Source: Thermodesulfovibrionales bacterium
GTDB lineage: Bacteria; Nitrospirota; Thermodesulfovibrionia; Thermodesulfovibrionales; SM23-35
DNA: 64,000 bases
Assembly (NCBI GenBank): GCA_963716185.1
Contig: OY970295.1
Span: forward strand, 884,049 to 948,048
Direction of reading: 5' to 3'
The notes beneath the pieces were generated by a model that was given only the letters and a program-made list of their open reading frames with translations, was not told the DNA's origin and ran no database searches. Every line of letters starts with the position of its first letter. The first letter of the stretch is position 1. A program made the translations under genes and the position numbers. Of this stretch, positions 55,861 through 64,000 are shown piece after piece.

Positions 55861-57545
55861 TTCAGGTCTTGAATCTTCTTTCCGATCCTATCCCTGAGAT
55901 TATCGTCCTCGCCTTTTTTATGGAACTCGATCGACTTTTTCCAGTATTCCCCCGCCTTCTCCTTCATCCCCATGGAATTGTAGACATCCCCGATATGCTC
56001 CAGAACGGTCGGGTCGTCCTTCACAATCTCCGCGGCCCTAAGGAGAGTCTTTAAAGCCTCATCGTATTTACCGGATTTATAATAAACCCATCCGAGACTG
56101 TCCATGATATACCCGTTGTCGGGCTTAAGCTCCAAGGCCTTTGTCACGAGTGAATAAGCCTCTTCAAGGTGTATGCCCTTTTCGGCATAGCTGTAGCCGA
56201 GGTAATTCAGCGCATCGGCATGTTGCGGGTTAATCTCGATTACCCTCTTCAGATACTTCACCATCTCATCGAACCTGCCGGTCTTTTCCATTACAACGGC
56301 GAGGTTGAAATTCAAATCATCATTGTCTTCAAAGCGGCTGAGGCCTTCCCTCAATATGGTCTCGGCCTTTGAATACTCTTTTTTGTGAAGATACGTTACG
56401 GCAAGGTAGAGATAAACCTCGGGTTTCTCCTTCTCGAAACTCAGTGTTTCTTCATAAACGGCTATGGCGTCATCATCCCTGTCAAGTTTCGAATACAAAA
56501 AGCCGAGATAAAGGAATGCGTTCACGTTCTTCGGGTCTTCAGAAATTATTTTCTTCAGCTCCGTTATTGCCTCTTCGTTCCTCTCAAGCTCTCCAAGTGA
56601 TAAAGCAAGGTAATATCGAATCGAGGCAATATTAGGTCTGGCCTCTATAACTGTCCTGAATTCCTCTACGGCTTTATCATATTCCTTATCTTCAAAATAG
56701 AGTATCCCGAGATTGATATGGACATCGATATTGACCGGGACCTGCGAACTTATTTCTTTATATTGCTCTATGGCTTTATCAGTCAGTTTTTGCTTGAGAT
56801 AAATCTCGGCAAGCCTCTCCCTTGCCTGAATGTTGTGGGGATTTATCGAGATGGCCTCGTTGTAATACTCCCGGGCGGCTTCCAGGTTCTTCCTGGTCTC
56901 ATTAATCAGCCCTAAATTAAAGTATGCAGCATCGAAATTAGGTCTTAGAGCTATCGCCTTTTTGAAATATTCCGCCGCATTGTCGGCATCGCCTTTTTCA
57001 AGGCTGACCGAACCGAGGTAATAAACCGCCATTATATTGTCGGGATGGGCCTTGTTCAGCTTTTCAAGGATACCGATAGCCTTGTCGTATTCTTTTATTG
57101 AGGCATAAAGGAGACCTAAAAAAAGGGCCGCTTCCTGATTGTCCGGCTGTATCTTGAGCACCTTCCCATAGATGTTTATAGACTCTTCGGTCCTTTTCTG
57201 GCTGTTGTAAAGCTGTCCCAGAAACATAAGCGCAGGGACGTAATCAGGTTGCTTTTTAACGACATCTTCAGCCAGCGATATTGCTTCGGTAACCTTTCCG
57301 GTCTTGAGAAGCATATAACTTATCTGTACTTTGAGATAAGCGGATAAAGGGTCCATCTTGAGGGCGCTGTTGTAATACTCGATCGCATCTTCCCATTTTC
57401 CGTCTTTTTCCGCGTTGTATCCCATCATAAACATATAATAGGCATCCTGCGGAGGGAGGGGCTTTTCCTGCCGGACTGCGACGGGCGCCGCCGCGCACGA
57501 GGCCAACACGCATAAAAGTAATGAATAAATTATACGGAGAAACAT
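55857..57545 (-). CDS. TPR-repeat lipoprotein
   Basis: Lipobox LASC, followed by more than 12 tandem TPR-like 34-aa units. The stop overlaps the ispE start (ATGA). Confidence 0.8.
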   Translation of the reverse strand: MFLRIIYSLLLCVLASCAAAPVAVRQEKPLPPQDAYYMFMMGYNAEKDGKWEDAIEYYNSALKMDPLSAYLKVQISYMLLKTGKVTEAISLAEDVVKKQPDYVPALMFLGQLYNSQKRTEESINIYGKVLKIQPDNQEAALFLGLLYASIKEYDKAIGILEKLNKAHPDNIMAVYYLGSVSLEKGDADNAAEYFKKAIALRPNFDAAYFNLGLINETRKNLEAAREYYNEAISINPHNIQARERLAEIYLKQKLTDKAIEQYKEISSQVPVNIDVHINLGILYFEDKEYDKAVEEFRTVIEARPNIASIRYYLALSLGELERNEEAITELKKIISEDPKNVNAFLYLGFLYSKLDRDDDAIAVYEETLSFEKEKPEVYLYLAVTYLHKKEYSKAETILREGLSRFEDNDDLNFNLAVVMEKTGRFDEMVKYLKRVIEINPQHADALNYLGYSYAEKGIHLEEAYSLVTKALELKPDNGYIMDSLGWVYYKSGKYDEALKTLLRAAEIVKDDPTVLEHIGDVYNSMGMKEKAGEYWKKSIEFHKKGEDDNLRDRIGKKIQDLK

Positions 57546-57598
57546 TTATCAATTATGACACAAAGATTAACTCTATAACAAATGTGATAGAATCTCAT

Positions 57599-59503
57599 AT
57601 GGATTTTTTTGATGTCCTTTTCCCGGTAAACATCGGCCCTCTGACCTACAGGTGTCCCGGAAGACTCTCTTCGGATATTGGAGCGGGCATGATCGTGAGC
57701 GCACCGCTCAAGAGCAGACTCATTAAAGGGATCATTCTGGGAAAATCTTCCGGGACACGACCCCTGGATGTGAAAGATATCCAGGAAATTCACGGTACTG
57801 CTCCCGTTTTCAGCAGCACGATGATCGCTCTTTTAAAATGGATGTCGGACTATTACATGACCGGGCAGGGGCTTGTCCTAAAGACTATTCTTCCTAAAGA
57901 AGCTCTTGGAAAAGTTAAACGTCGAAATACAATAAAGGAGCGGACCGGGGAATGTCCCCATGTTGCTGTCGATGTGGATTCGGATAAAACAGACCTTCTT
58001 AAGAAAGCAATAATCGGCAATACGTACGGCACGTTTCTTCTTCATTCGCCTTCTTCGGGATATGAACATTCATTCCTGATGAAGATACTCCCCGAAGTCC
58101 GGAATGTGATCATCCTCGTTCCCGAGGTCTCTGTTGCCGACCATCTCTATCCCTTCTTCAGAGACCGGATAGGGGAGAGGATATGCCTTTTCCACGGTGA
58201 ACTCAGCGGAGGCAGGAAATCCGATACTATAGAGCGGATTCTTTCAGGCCGTTCGGATATTGTGCTCGGCACAAGGTCCGCTGTTTTCGCCCCGTTAAAA
58301 AAAGTCTCTTTCATTGCTGTTCTCCAGGAACACAGTGATTCCTATAAGCAGGAGAATAGCCCCTGTTACATCGGAAGGGACGTTGCCGTTATGAGAGGGT
58401 ATCTTGAAAAAGCAATCGTACTCCTTTCATCGATCTGTCCATCTGTTGAATCTCTCTTTAACTGTAAGACGGGCAAATACACGCTTTTAAAGCCCGCGCA
58501 CGAAGTGAAAAGACCTCGTGTCCGGCTGGTTGATATGAGACATGAAAAACTTGTGAGACCATATCTGTCAAGGGCGGTCACAGATGCCGCGTCGAAGCAT
58601 ATAAAAAATAATAAAAAAGTAATGTTTGTTGTGAACAGGAGGGGGCACTCCACGCTTTTACAATGCCTCGATTGCAGCCATATCGAAGAATGTCCGCATT
58701 GCAATATTCCTCTTGTCTTTCATAAACAGGACATGTCGCTGAAATGTCATTACTGCGGGTATGCCTTGTCCGGCATGCCTGAACGCTGCAGCGTATGCAA
58801 GGGTTATAACCTGAAATTGTCCGGTGCGGGAACACAGAAAGTCCAGGAAGACCTTCAGGAACTCATCGGCATAAAAACACTCCGGCTCGACAGCGACAGG
58901 GCCGCGGAAAAATCGGACTTCGAAGGGCTGCAGGCATCCATGCGTGATAACAGGATAATTGTCGGCACAAAACTTATGACAAGGAGGATGTGCGCCTTCA
59001 GCGGATTTTCCATGGCCGCATTTTTAAATACGGACCTTTTCCTGAACATCCCGGACTTTAGATCCGCGGAGAAGGCATATCAGGAGATCTCGTCTGTCCT
59101 TGTCAGAATTGAACCCGGCGGCGATATATTCATCCAGACGAGGATGCCCCGGGAGTATCTATACAGATGCCTGAAAGACTATGATTACGGTTCATTCTTT
59201 AAGGAAGAACTGACAAGGCGCAGAGCTCTCAATTATCCCCCCTACTCAAGGCTCATGTTGCTTAAATGCATAAGCAAAAGGAATCTTTCTTCTGAACTAC
59301 CGGAGATAATGAAGAAGGTAGCCGACGTGGAGATACTTGGCCCGTATGTAGCAAGAAATATTAAAGGGAAAAATGAATTCAGGCTGCTTCTGAAATCCTC
59401 GGTCCGCGGGAAACTCCATTCGGCAGCCGGAGTTTTTGCAGAGGCTTTCAAAGATTCAAAGGATGTAAAAGTAAAAATAGACGTCGATCCTGTAACAATA
59501 TAG
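57599..59503 (+). CDS. priA: PriA-like primosomal protein with degenerate helicase motifs
   Basis: Collinear with PriA: N-terminal DNA-binding region, the Cys-rich zinc region LQCLDCSHIEECPHCNIPLVFHKQDMSLKCHYCGY...CSVCKG, and GAGTQKV. But Walker A reads SPSSGYEHS, Walker B reads LQEH, and motif VI reads VLVRIEP. Confidence 0.8.
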   Translation: MDFFDVLFPVNIGPLTYRCPGRLSSDIGAGMIVSAPLKSRLIKGIILGKSSGTRPLDVKDIQEIHGTAPVFSSTMIALLKWMSDYYMTGQGLVLKTILPKEALGKVKRRNTIKERTGECPHVAVDVDSDKTDLLKKAIIGNTYGTFLLHSPSSGYEHSFLMKILPEVRNVIILVPEVSVADHLYPFFRDRIGERICLFHGELSGGRKSDTIERILSGRSDIVLGTRSAVFAPLKKVSFIAVLQEHSDSYKQENSPCYIGRDVAVMRGYLEKAIVLLSSICPSVESLFNCKTGKYTLLKPAHEVKRPRVRLVDMRHEKLVRPYLSRAVTDAASKHIKNNKKVMFVVNRRGHSTLLQCLDCSHIEECPHCNIPLVFHKQDMSLKCHYCGYALSGMPERCSVCKGYNLKLSGAGTQKVQEDLQELIGIKTLRLDSDRAAEKSDFEGLQASMRDNRIIVGTKLMTRRMCAFSGFSMAAFLNTDLFLNIPDFRSAEKAYQEISSVLVRIEPGGDIFIQTRMPREYLYRCLKDYDYGSFFKEELTRRRALNYPPYSRLMLLKCISKRNLSSELPEIMKKVADVEILGPYVARNIKGKNEFRLLLKSSVRGKLHSAAGVFAEAFKDSKDVKVKIDVDPVTI

Positions 59504-59511
59504 TGCCTCTT

Positions 59512-59691
59512 AAACAAATGGTGTTATCAAAAGGTGGTTCGCAAGCTCTATATTTAGCTTCACTTTGTCATTCCGGCTTGTCCGGAATCTTTCTGGGCTT
59601 ATCGGAAGGATTCCCGACACGATTCACTTGCGGCAATGACATCTTTTTTGAGTTGTTCATAACACCAGTCCTTTATGGGACACTACATTAG
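59512..59691 (+). repeat. intergenic repeat module B, copy 2
   Basis: Inverted counterpart of 52165-52350 (see that entry). Confidence 0.8.
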
Positions 59692-59820
59692 TTACTACAT
59701 TAGCGTTTGTCTATAAATTGCCTCTAATGTCACCCTGAACTGGTTTCAGGGTCTCATACCCCGCTGACTTTACGAGATGCTGAAATAAATTCAGCATGAC
59801 ACCCAACGATCTATGGACAG
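59677..59820 (+). repeat. intergenic repeat module C, copy 2
   Basis: GGGACACTACATTAG..TCTATAAATTGCC..ATGTCACCCTGAACTGGTTTCAGGGTCTC ... AGATGCTGAAATAAATTCAGCATGACA. Confidence 0.75.
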
Positions 59821-59823
59821 ACT

Positions 59824-60474
59824 CTATTTAGCGCCGTCAAACTCTTCCATCTTCCCGGCCAAGCTCTTCAAGTTGCAGGTCTGCAATAGCTTGACCACCT
59901 GATGAACGGCGCCCCTCTCAATGATTTTCCATCTCTCAGGCTCTTTTTCGACCCCGTAGAAAGGAAGCATGATGAAGAAGGCCCGGTCCGTATACTTTTT
60001 TATAGGTGTCAGGACGTCTTCGCGCCTCGTGTAATAGGGGTCTTCGTCCTTGTCACAGGGCTTGCCGAATACCATGAACTGTCTGCAGGATATCGGACGC
60101 ATCGGATGGACGGAGCAGGCGCCTTCTATCAAAAAAGGACATGGGTCATTTTCTTTATATTGCGCAAGCCGGTTTTTTATAGCCTCCCGCTCGGGACCGG
60201 TACTCTTTTCCACGACATACCATGAGATGCCGACCAGTTCCAATGGATAGACAGGTATAGTAGAATGGGTATTGCAGCAGGTTGAGCACCCCTTGCAACA
60301 CGCCAGTTTTTTGCCTTTCCTCAACTCCGTCTTAACAGCATCGGTAATGCCCTTATCCACTATGTAATATGCATCCAGGATCATAGAAAGCCATGGATGG
60401 ATTGATTCGTCCGCATGAAAGTCGAGTCTCTTCGGTTGATGGTAACCGGAAGTTTTTCTTCTCTTGTTTGACAT
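59824..60474 (-). CDS. YkgJ/UPF0153-type CxxCxxCC cysteine-cluster protein
   Basis: CCKGCSTCC and CPFLIEGACSVHPMRPISCRQF blocks. Divergent from the radical-SAM gene at 60574. Confidence 0.7.
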   Translation of the reverse strand: MSNKRRKTSGYHQPKRLDFHADESIHPWLSMILDAYYIVDKGITDAVKTELRKGKKLACCKGCSTCCNTHSTIPVYPLELVGISWYVVEKSTGPEREAIKNRLAQYKENDPCPFLIEGACSVHPMRPISCRQFMVFGKPCDKDEDPYYTRREDVLTPIKKYTDRAFFIMLPFYGVEKEPERWKIIERGAVHQVVKLLQTCNLKSLAGKMEEFDGAK

Positions 60475-60573
60475 TTTTTCATTATATCCCAGAATTGCCG
60501 TTCAAATCAGTATTTCCGCAGTTTCGGCTCATTCACTTGGAAAAAGAGATGAATTTAGGCAATAATAAAAACT

Positions 60574-62436
60574 ATGGATTTTATTTTTGTCTCCATGCCC
60601 TATGCGAGATTCATCTCAAAATGGTTTGCCAATGTCCCCAATATAAATCTCGGCATCATGCAGGCATTTCTGGAAGAAAAGGGAAAAAGTGTAAAGACCT
60701 TCCATTTCCATCTCGAATTCCTCCCGTACCTGAAGGGTTTAGACCACGGCATTACTGAAAATTTAATCACCCTGACCGAACAATACGGCGTTGAATATAT
60801 GGGACTGGATTATGTATTTGCCTCGCTGCTTTTCGAAGATGAATATGTAAGGTCCAAAGGCCGCTTCACTGAGCGTCTCGACGCGCTCGGCTTGTCATTG
60901 AACGGCTTTGAAGAGTTGCGGAAGGTCGCACTTGAATTTACTGAAACAGTCTTTTCAAGGTTGGCGCCTTATCTGAAGGAAACAAAGCTCATAGGATTCA
61001 GCTGTTCTCATTATCAACTAAGCGGCTCACTCCTGCTCTGCTCTAAAATCAAGAAGGCTTATCCTGATGTCCGGACCATTTTCGGGGGCAAAGATTGTTC
61101 GGGCGCTTTTGCACACGATTTGTTGAAAAATTTGGAGTTTGTCGACTTTGTGGGTACGAGTGAATGTGAAGTGACTGTCGACAGCCTGCTGGAACATATC
61201 AATGACAAAGGGAAAGAATTCTGCAACGTGGTCTTCAGGGACAATCAGGGAAGCATAAGAAAAGCGAAATCCAGGCTGAATGTCCCGATAAACTCCCTGC
61301 CTTTTCCACGTTACGACTTTGAAGATTTCCCGGTCGAAAAAGGGGAAATTATTTTGCCGATTGAATTCGGCAGGGGGTGCCCCTGGAAAAAATGTACTTT
61401 CTGTCCTGATGAGTCCTATAACATACTCTGCCAGGCAAAGAAATCCGAACGCATAAGATCCGAGATGGATCATTATCAGAGTATTTCAAAGGACCTCAGA
61501 AATTTCTTCATTCTTGACTCCGATGCGCTTAAGGACCCGAAAACCATCATTGAAGTGTCAGGATATCTTAGGGATAAAAACCTAAATTTTGTCTATGCAG
61601 AATTCCGTGCGGAGAGGATGGACAAAAAGGTATTGGCGGCAATCAAGCGCTTCGGAAACTGGGTTTCAAATTTCCAGATAGGCATCGAAACTTTCAGCGA
61701 GCGGGTATTACAGCTGATGAACAAGGGAGTCGCGGCCTTAAAAAATGTGGAGGTGCTGAAAGCGGCGGCTGAACTTGGCGCGCCCGTACAATTCAACCTC
61801 TTTACCTGCTTCCCCGGCATGAGGGAAGAGGACCTGAAGGAAAATATCAGGGTCCTGGACCTTATCCGTCATATACTCGTTAGCGAAAACATACAGGTAT
61901 ACCCCGGTGAGTTCTATCTGCCCTCGGATTGCCCCGTTTTCCTGCATGTTGAAGATTACGGCATTAAGAAACAAGACGACTCGATCTTTTCATTGATCTT
62001 TGAAGACTTCGGCATGCCGTCTTTTTCAAACTATCCCTATCCCTATGAGTTTGATAATGATGCGGAGCAATACAGGATATCCGGTATGATCAGGAATAAG
62101 GTCGAAGAAATCAAGAGCAAAAGCCCGGGAGATAATTTCATGGTCTACAAAAACTCTCCGGACAGTTTACAGATCGATTCCTGCCGTGACGGAAACAGAA
62201 TTGTTTATACGTTTAATGGGAAAGAGAAGAAGATATATCTCTCGGCAGTCGAAAAATCCGTAGAGATCAACAAACTCTGCAACGATTTCGGGATGACTTT
62301 TGACGATCTGTCCGCTGTCCTGAACGATTTTGAACAAAAAGGCTTGATACTATATTCTTCCGACAGGAAATCGTTCCTGTCTTTGGCCATGGGACCCGGA
62401 TTCGCCGATACAGATTCCGAGCCAAGTTCGGAATGA
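60574..62436 (+). CDS. B12-binding-domain-type radical SAM enzyme (CX4CX2C cluster motif)
   Basis: N-terminal Rossmann-like region (LIGFSCSHYQLSGSLLL..., IFGGKDCSG). GRGCPWKKCTFCPD. Radical-SAM core. The C-terminal ~90 aa have a beta-beta-beta-helix winged-helix-like pattern. Confidence 0.8.
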   Translation: MDFIFVSMPYARFISKWFANVPNINLGIMQAFLEEKGKSVKTFHFHLEFLPYLKGLDHGITENLITLTEQYGVEYMGLDYVFASLLFEDEYVRSKGRFTERLDALGLSLNGFEELRKVALEFTETVFSRLAPYLKETKLIGFSCSHYQLSGSLLLCSKIKKAYPDVRTIFGGKDCSGAFAHDLLKNLEFVDFVGTSECEVTVDSLLEHINDKGKEFCNVVFRDNQGSIRKAKSRLNVPINSLPFPRYDFEDFPVEKGEIILPIEFGRGCPWKKCTFCPDESYNILCQAKKSERIRSEMDHYQSISKDLRNFFILDSDALKDPKTIIEVSGYLRDKNLNFVYAEFRAERMDKKVLAAIKRFGNWVSNFQIGIETFSERVLQLMNKGVAALKNVEVLKAAAELGAPVQFNLFTCFPGMREEDLKENIRVLDLIRHILVSENIQVYPGEFYLPSDCPVFLHVEDYGIKKQDDSIFSLIFEDFGMPSFSNYPYPYEFDNDAEQYRISGMIRNKVEEIKSKSPGDNFMVYKNSPDSLQIDSCRDGNRIVYTFNGKEKKIYLSAVEKSVEINKLCNDFGMTFDDLSAVLNDFEQKGLILYSSDRKSFLSLAMGPGFADTDSEPSSE

Positions 62437-62441
62437 CAATT

Positions 62442-62567
62442 TCAACTCCCCATTACTGGCATTTTTACGGCTTCATTAGCAGGAGTATTGCCGAAAAAAT
62501 GTTTAAATTCGCGGCTGAATTGGGACGCGCTTTCATAGCCGTCCTCCATAGCTGAGACACTACATTA
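62442..62567 (-). pseudogene. C-terminal relic of an AraC/XylS-family regulator
   Basis: The frame ...[39 protein letters not shown] matches the second HTH of AraC-type regulators (GY.S.S.FSR.FK..FG..P). It is truncated upstream by repeat module C copy 3. Confidence 0.55.
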
Positions 62568-62589
62568 GCAAATTTGTCTGTCATGTCAC
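62554..62589 (+). repeat. partial copy of repeat module C
   Basis: GAGACACTACATTAGCAAATTTGTCTGTCATGTCAC; compare GGGACACTACATTAGCGTTTGTCTATAAATTGCCTCTAATGTCAC at 59677. Confidence 0.6.
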
Positions 62590-62620
62590 ATTTGGATTTA
62601 ATTATGGTAAAATTTAGTTA

Positions 62621-63979
62621 ATGCGACTGGTAATCATTGGAGGGGGGATTTCCGGCCTTTCCCTGGCTTATTTCCTGCTTGAGAAGAAGCCTTCTTTAGA
62701 CATCACTGTCCTTGAATCCGAAAAAAAAGCGGGCGGCAAAATCTGGACCGATAAGGTCGATGGGTTTCTGTGTGAAGGGGGGGTAAACGGGTTTCTCGAC
62801 AACAAGCCGAGAACCCTTGAACTCGTCTCCAAACTTGCCCTTGCACCACTAAGGAGCAGGGATACGGCAAGAAAAAGATTTATTTTTTCAGACGGCAAAT
62901 TTCATCGTTTGCCTGAATCACCTGCCTCGTTCTTTGCTTCAAATCTCTTGAGCCTGTCCGGCCGGCTGAGGATCGTATGGGAGATGTTTGTACCCAGGGG
63001 CGCCCGAAATGATGAAACACTCGCAGACTTCGCAAGGAGAAGGCTCGGTAAAGAGGCATATGAGAAACTGATTGACCCCATGGCATCAGGCATTTTCGCT
63101 GGAGACCCTGAAAAGATGAGCCTCAAGAGCTGTTTCCCGAAAGTAAATAATCTCGAACAGACTTATGGCAGCCTCATCAGAGGTATGATGAAACTCCAGA
63201 AAGAGGCGAAGAAAACAGGCAAGAAGGTGGGGGCCGGCCCCGGAGGGGTCCTTACATCGTTCTTTGACGGTATGGGGGCGCTGGCCGACGCACTCACGGG
63301 TTTTCTGGGAGACAGGATGAGAACGGGCGACAGGGCTGTCGCTCTCGACAAAAAAGGGAATGGTTACATCATTCACATCTCGGATGGCACATCTATCGAG
63401 ACAGACTCGGTTGTTCTGGCGACGCCTGCTTTCGAGACCTCGGAGATGGTAAGAGAGATCGACAAAAACTTGTCTTCGTCACTAAGCGATATCTATTATC
63501 CATCGATCTCCGTTGTCTGCCTCGGTTATAAACGGGACAGGATAGCTGCTTCCCTTGATGGATTCGGGTTCCTTATACCGAGCAGGGAGGGCAGAAAGAT
63601 ACTCGGGACCCTCTGGGATTCCAGCATATTCCCCAACAGGGCGCCCGAAGGGTATGTGCTCCTGAGGAGTATGCTTGGAGGGGTGAGGAGATCTGAACTT
63701 GCGGAACAGGACGAAAACAGACAGGTCGGCTTAGTTCTGGAAGAACTGAAGTTTATCATGGGGATCACTGCGCAGCCGGATTTTGCAAAGGTTTACATCC
63801 ATAAAAAAGGGATACCCCAGTACTTCCCGGGCCACGAAAAAAGACTGGATACAATAACAGGTATAGTCGACAGGTTCAAGGGGATGTATATCACGGGAAA
63901 TGCCTATCGGGGGATAGGGGTAAATGATTGTGTAGAAAATTCCTATAAGCTTGCAGAAAGGATAGTTCAGGAGATATAA
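62621..63979 (+). CDS. hemY: HemY-type protoporphyrinogen/coproporphyrinogen III oxidase (FAD)
   Basis: MRLVIIGGGISGLSLAY dinucleotide fold; 452 aa; C-terminal GNAYRGIGVNDC. The two substrate specificities cannot be told apart from sequence alone. Confidence 0.85.
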   Translation: MRLVIIGGGISGLSLAYFLLEKKPSLDITVLESEKKAGGKIWTDKVDGFLCEGGVNGFLDNKPRTLELVSKLALAPLRSRDTARKRFIFSDGKFHRLPESPASFFASNLLSLSGRLRIVWEMFVPRGARNDETLADFARRRLGKEAYEKLIDPMASGIFAGDPEKMSLKSCFPKVNNLEQTYGSLIRGMMKLQKEAKKTGKKVGAGPGGVLTSFFDGMGALADALTGFLGDRMRTGDRAVALDKKGNGYIIHISDGTSIETDSVVLATPAFETSEMVREIDKNLSSSLSDIYYPSISVVCLGYKRDRIAASLDGFGFLIPSREGRKILGTLWDSSIFPNRAPEGYVLLRSMLGGVRRSELAEQDENRQVGLVLEELKFIMGITAQPDFAKVYIHKKGIPQYFPGHEKRLDTITGIVDRFKGMYITGNAYRGIGVNDCVENSYKLAERIVQEI

Positions 63980-64000
63980 TTCAATCTGTCCTGAAAAATT

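Overview
64-kb chromosomal window from a diderm, LPS-making bacterium (lpxC, lptD, ArnT-like transferase) with an anaerobe-style gene set (multihaem cytochrome c, two B12-type radical-SAM enzymes, CooT). The lineage cannot be fixed without a database search. I support about 55 protein genes, 2 tRNAs (initiator tRNA-Met, tRNA-Gln), several gene relics and several dispersed repeat families. Most of the window is housekeeping: lpxC; nfo; tsaC; comEC; the cdaA-ybbR-glmM operon preceded by an RCK K+ channel; trpBA; accD-folC-lptD (start/stop overlaps); a split transketolase; ftsEX-envC-ctpA; dinG; moeA; pth-rplY-prs-tRNA(Gln)-ispE; priA; hemY. Main points of interest: (1) a ~210-220 bp MITE-like element in four copies, with TAACCC...GGGTTA termini and internal TTGACA boxes; (2) an accessory stretch at 19.2-22.7 kb with a chymotrypsin-fold protease carrying Cys in the nucleophile motif, an orphan ORF bracketed by two MITE copies, and a TPR-less OGT-like gene; (3) an island next to tRNA-fMet at 44.2-50.4 kb holding a DUF2130 nuclease-like protein, an ORF6N protein, an A+T-rich 1057-aa STAND-like ATPase that starts at its Walker A motif, and a frameshifted orphan hicB; (4) two separate divergent pairs of a CxxCxxCC (YkgJ-type) protein and a B12-type radical-SAM enzyme; (5) a PriA homologue whose Walker A, Walker B and motif VI are all degenerate; (6) an Lpp-like lipoprotein ending in Lys, convergent with a YkuD L,D-transpeptidase; (7) mosaic REP-like repeats filling several intergenic regions, with one possible in-frame copy inside folC. 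No CRISPR array, integrase, transposase or rRNA was seen. All calls come from reading the ORF translations and the DNA by eye. No searches or computations were run.
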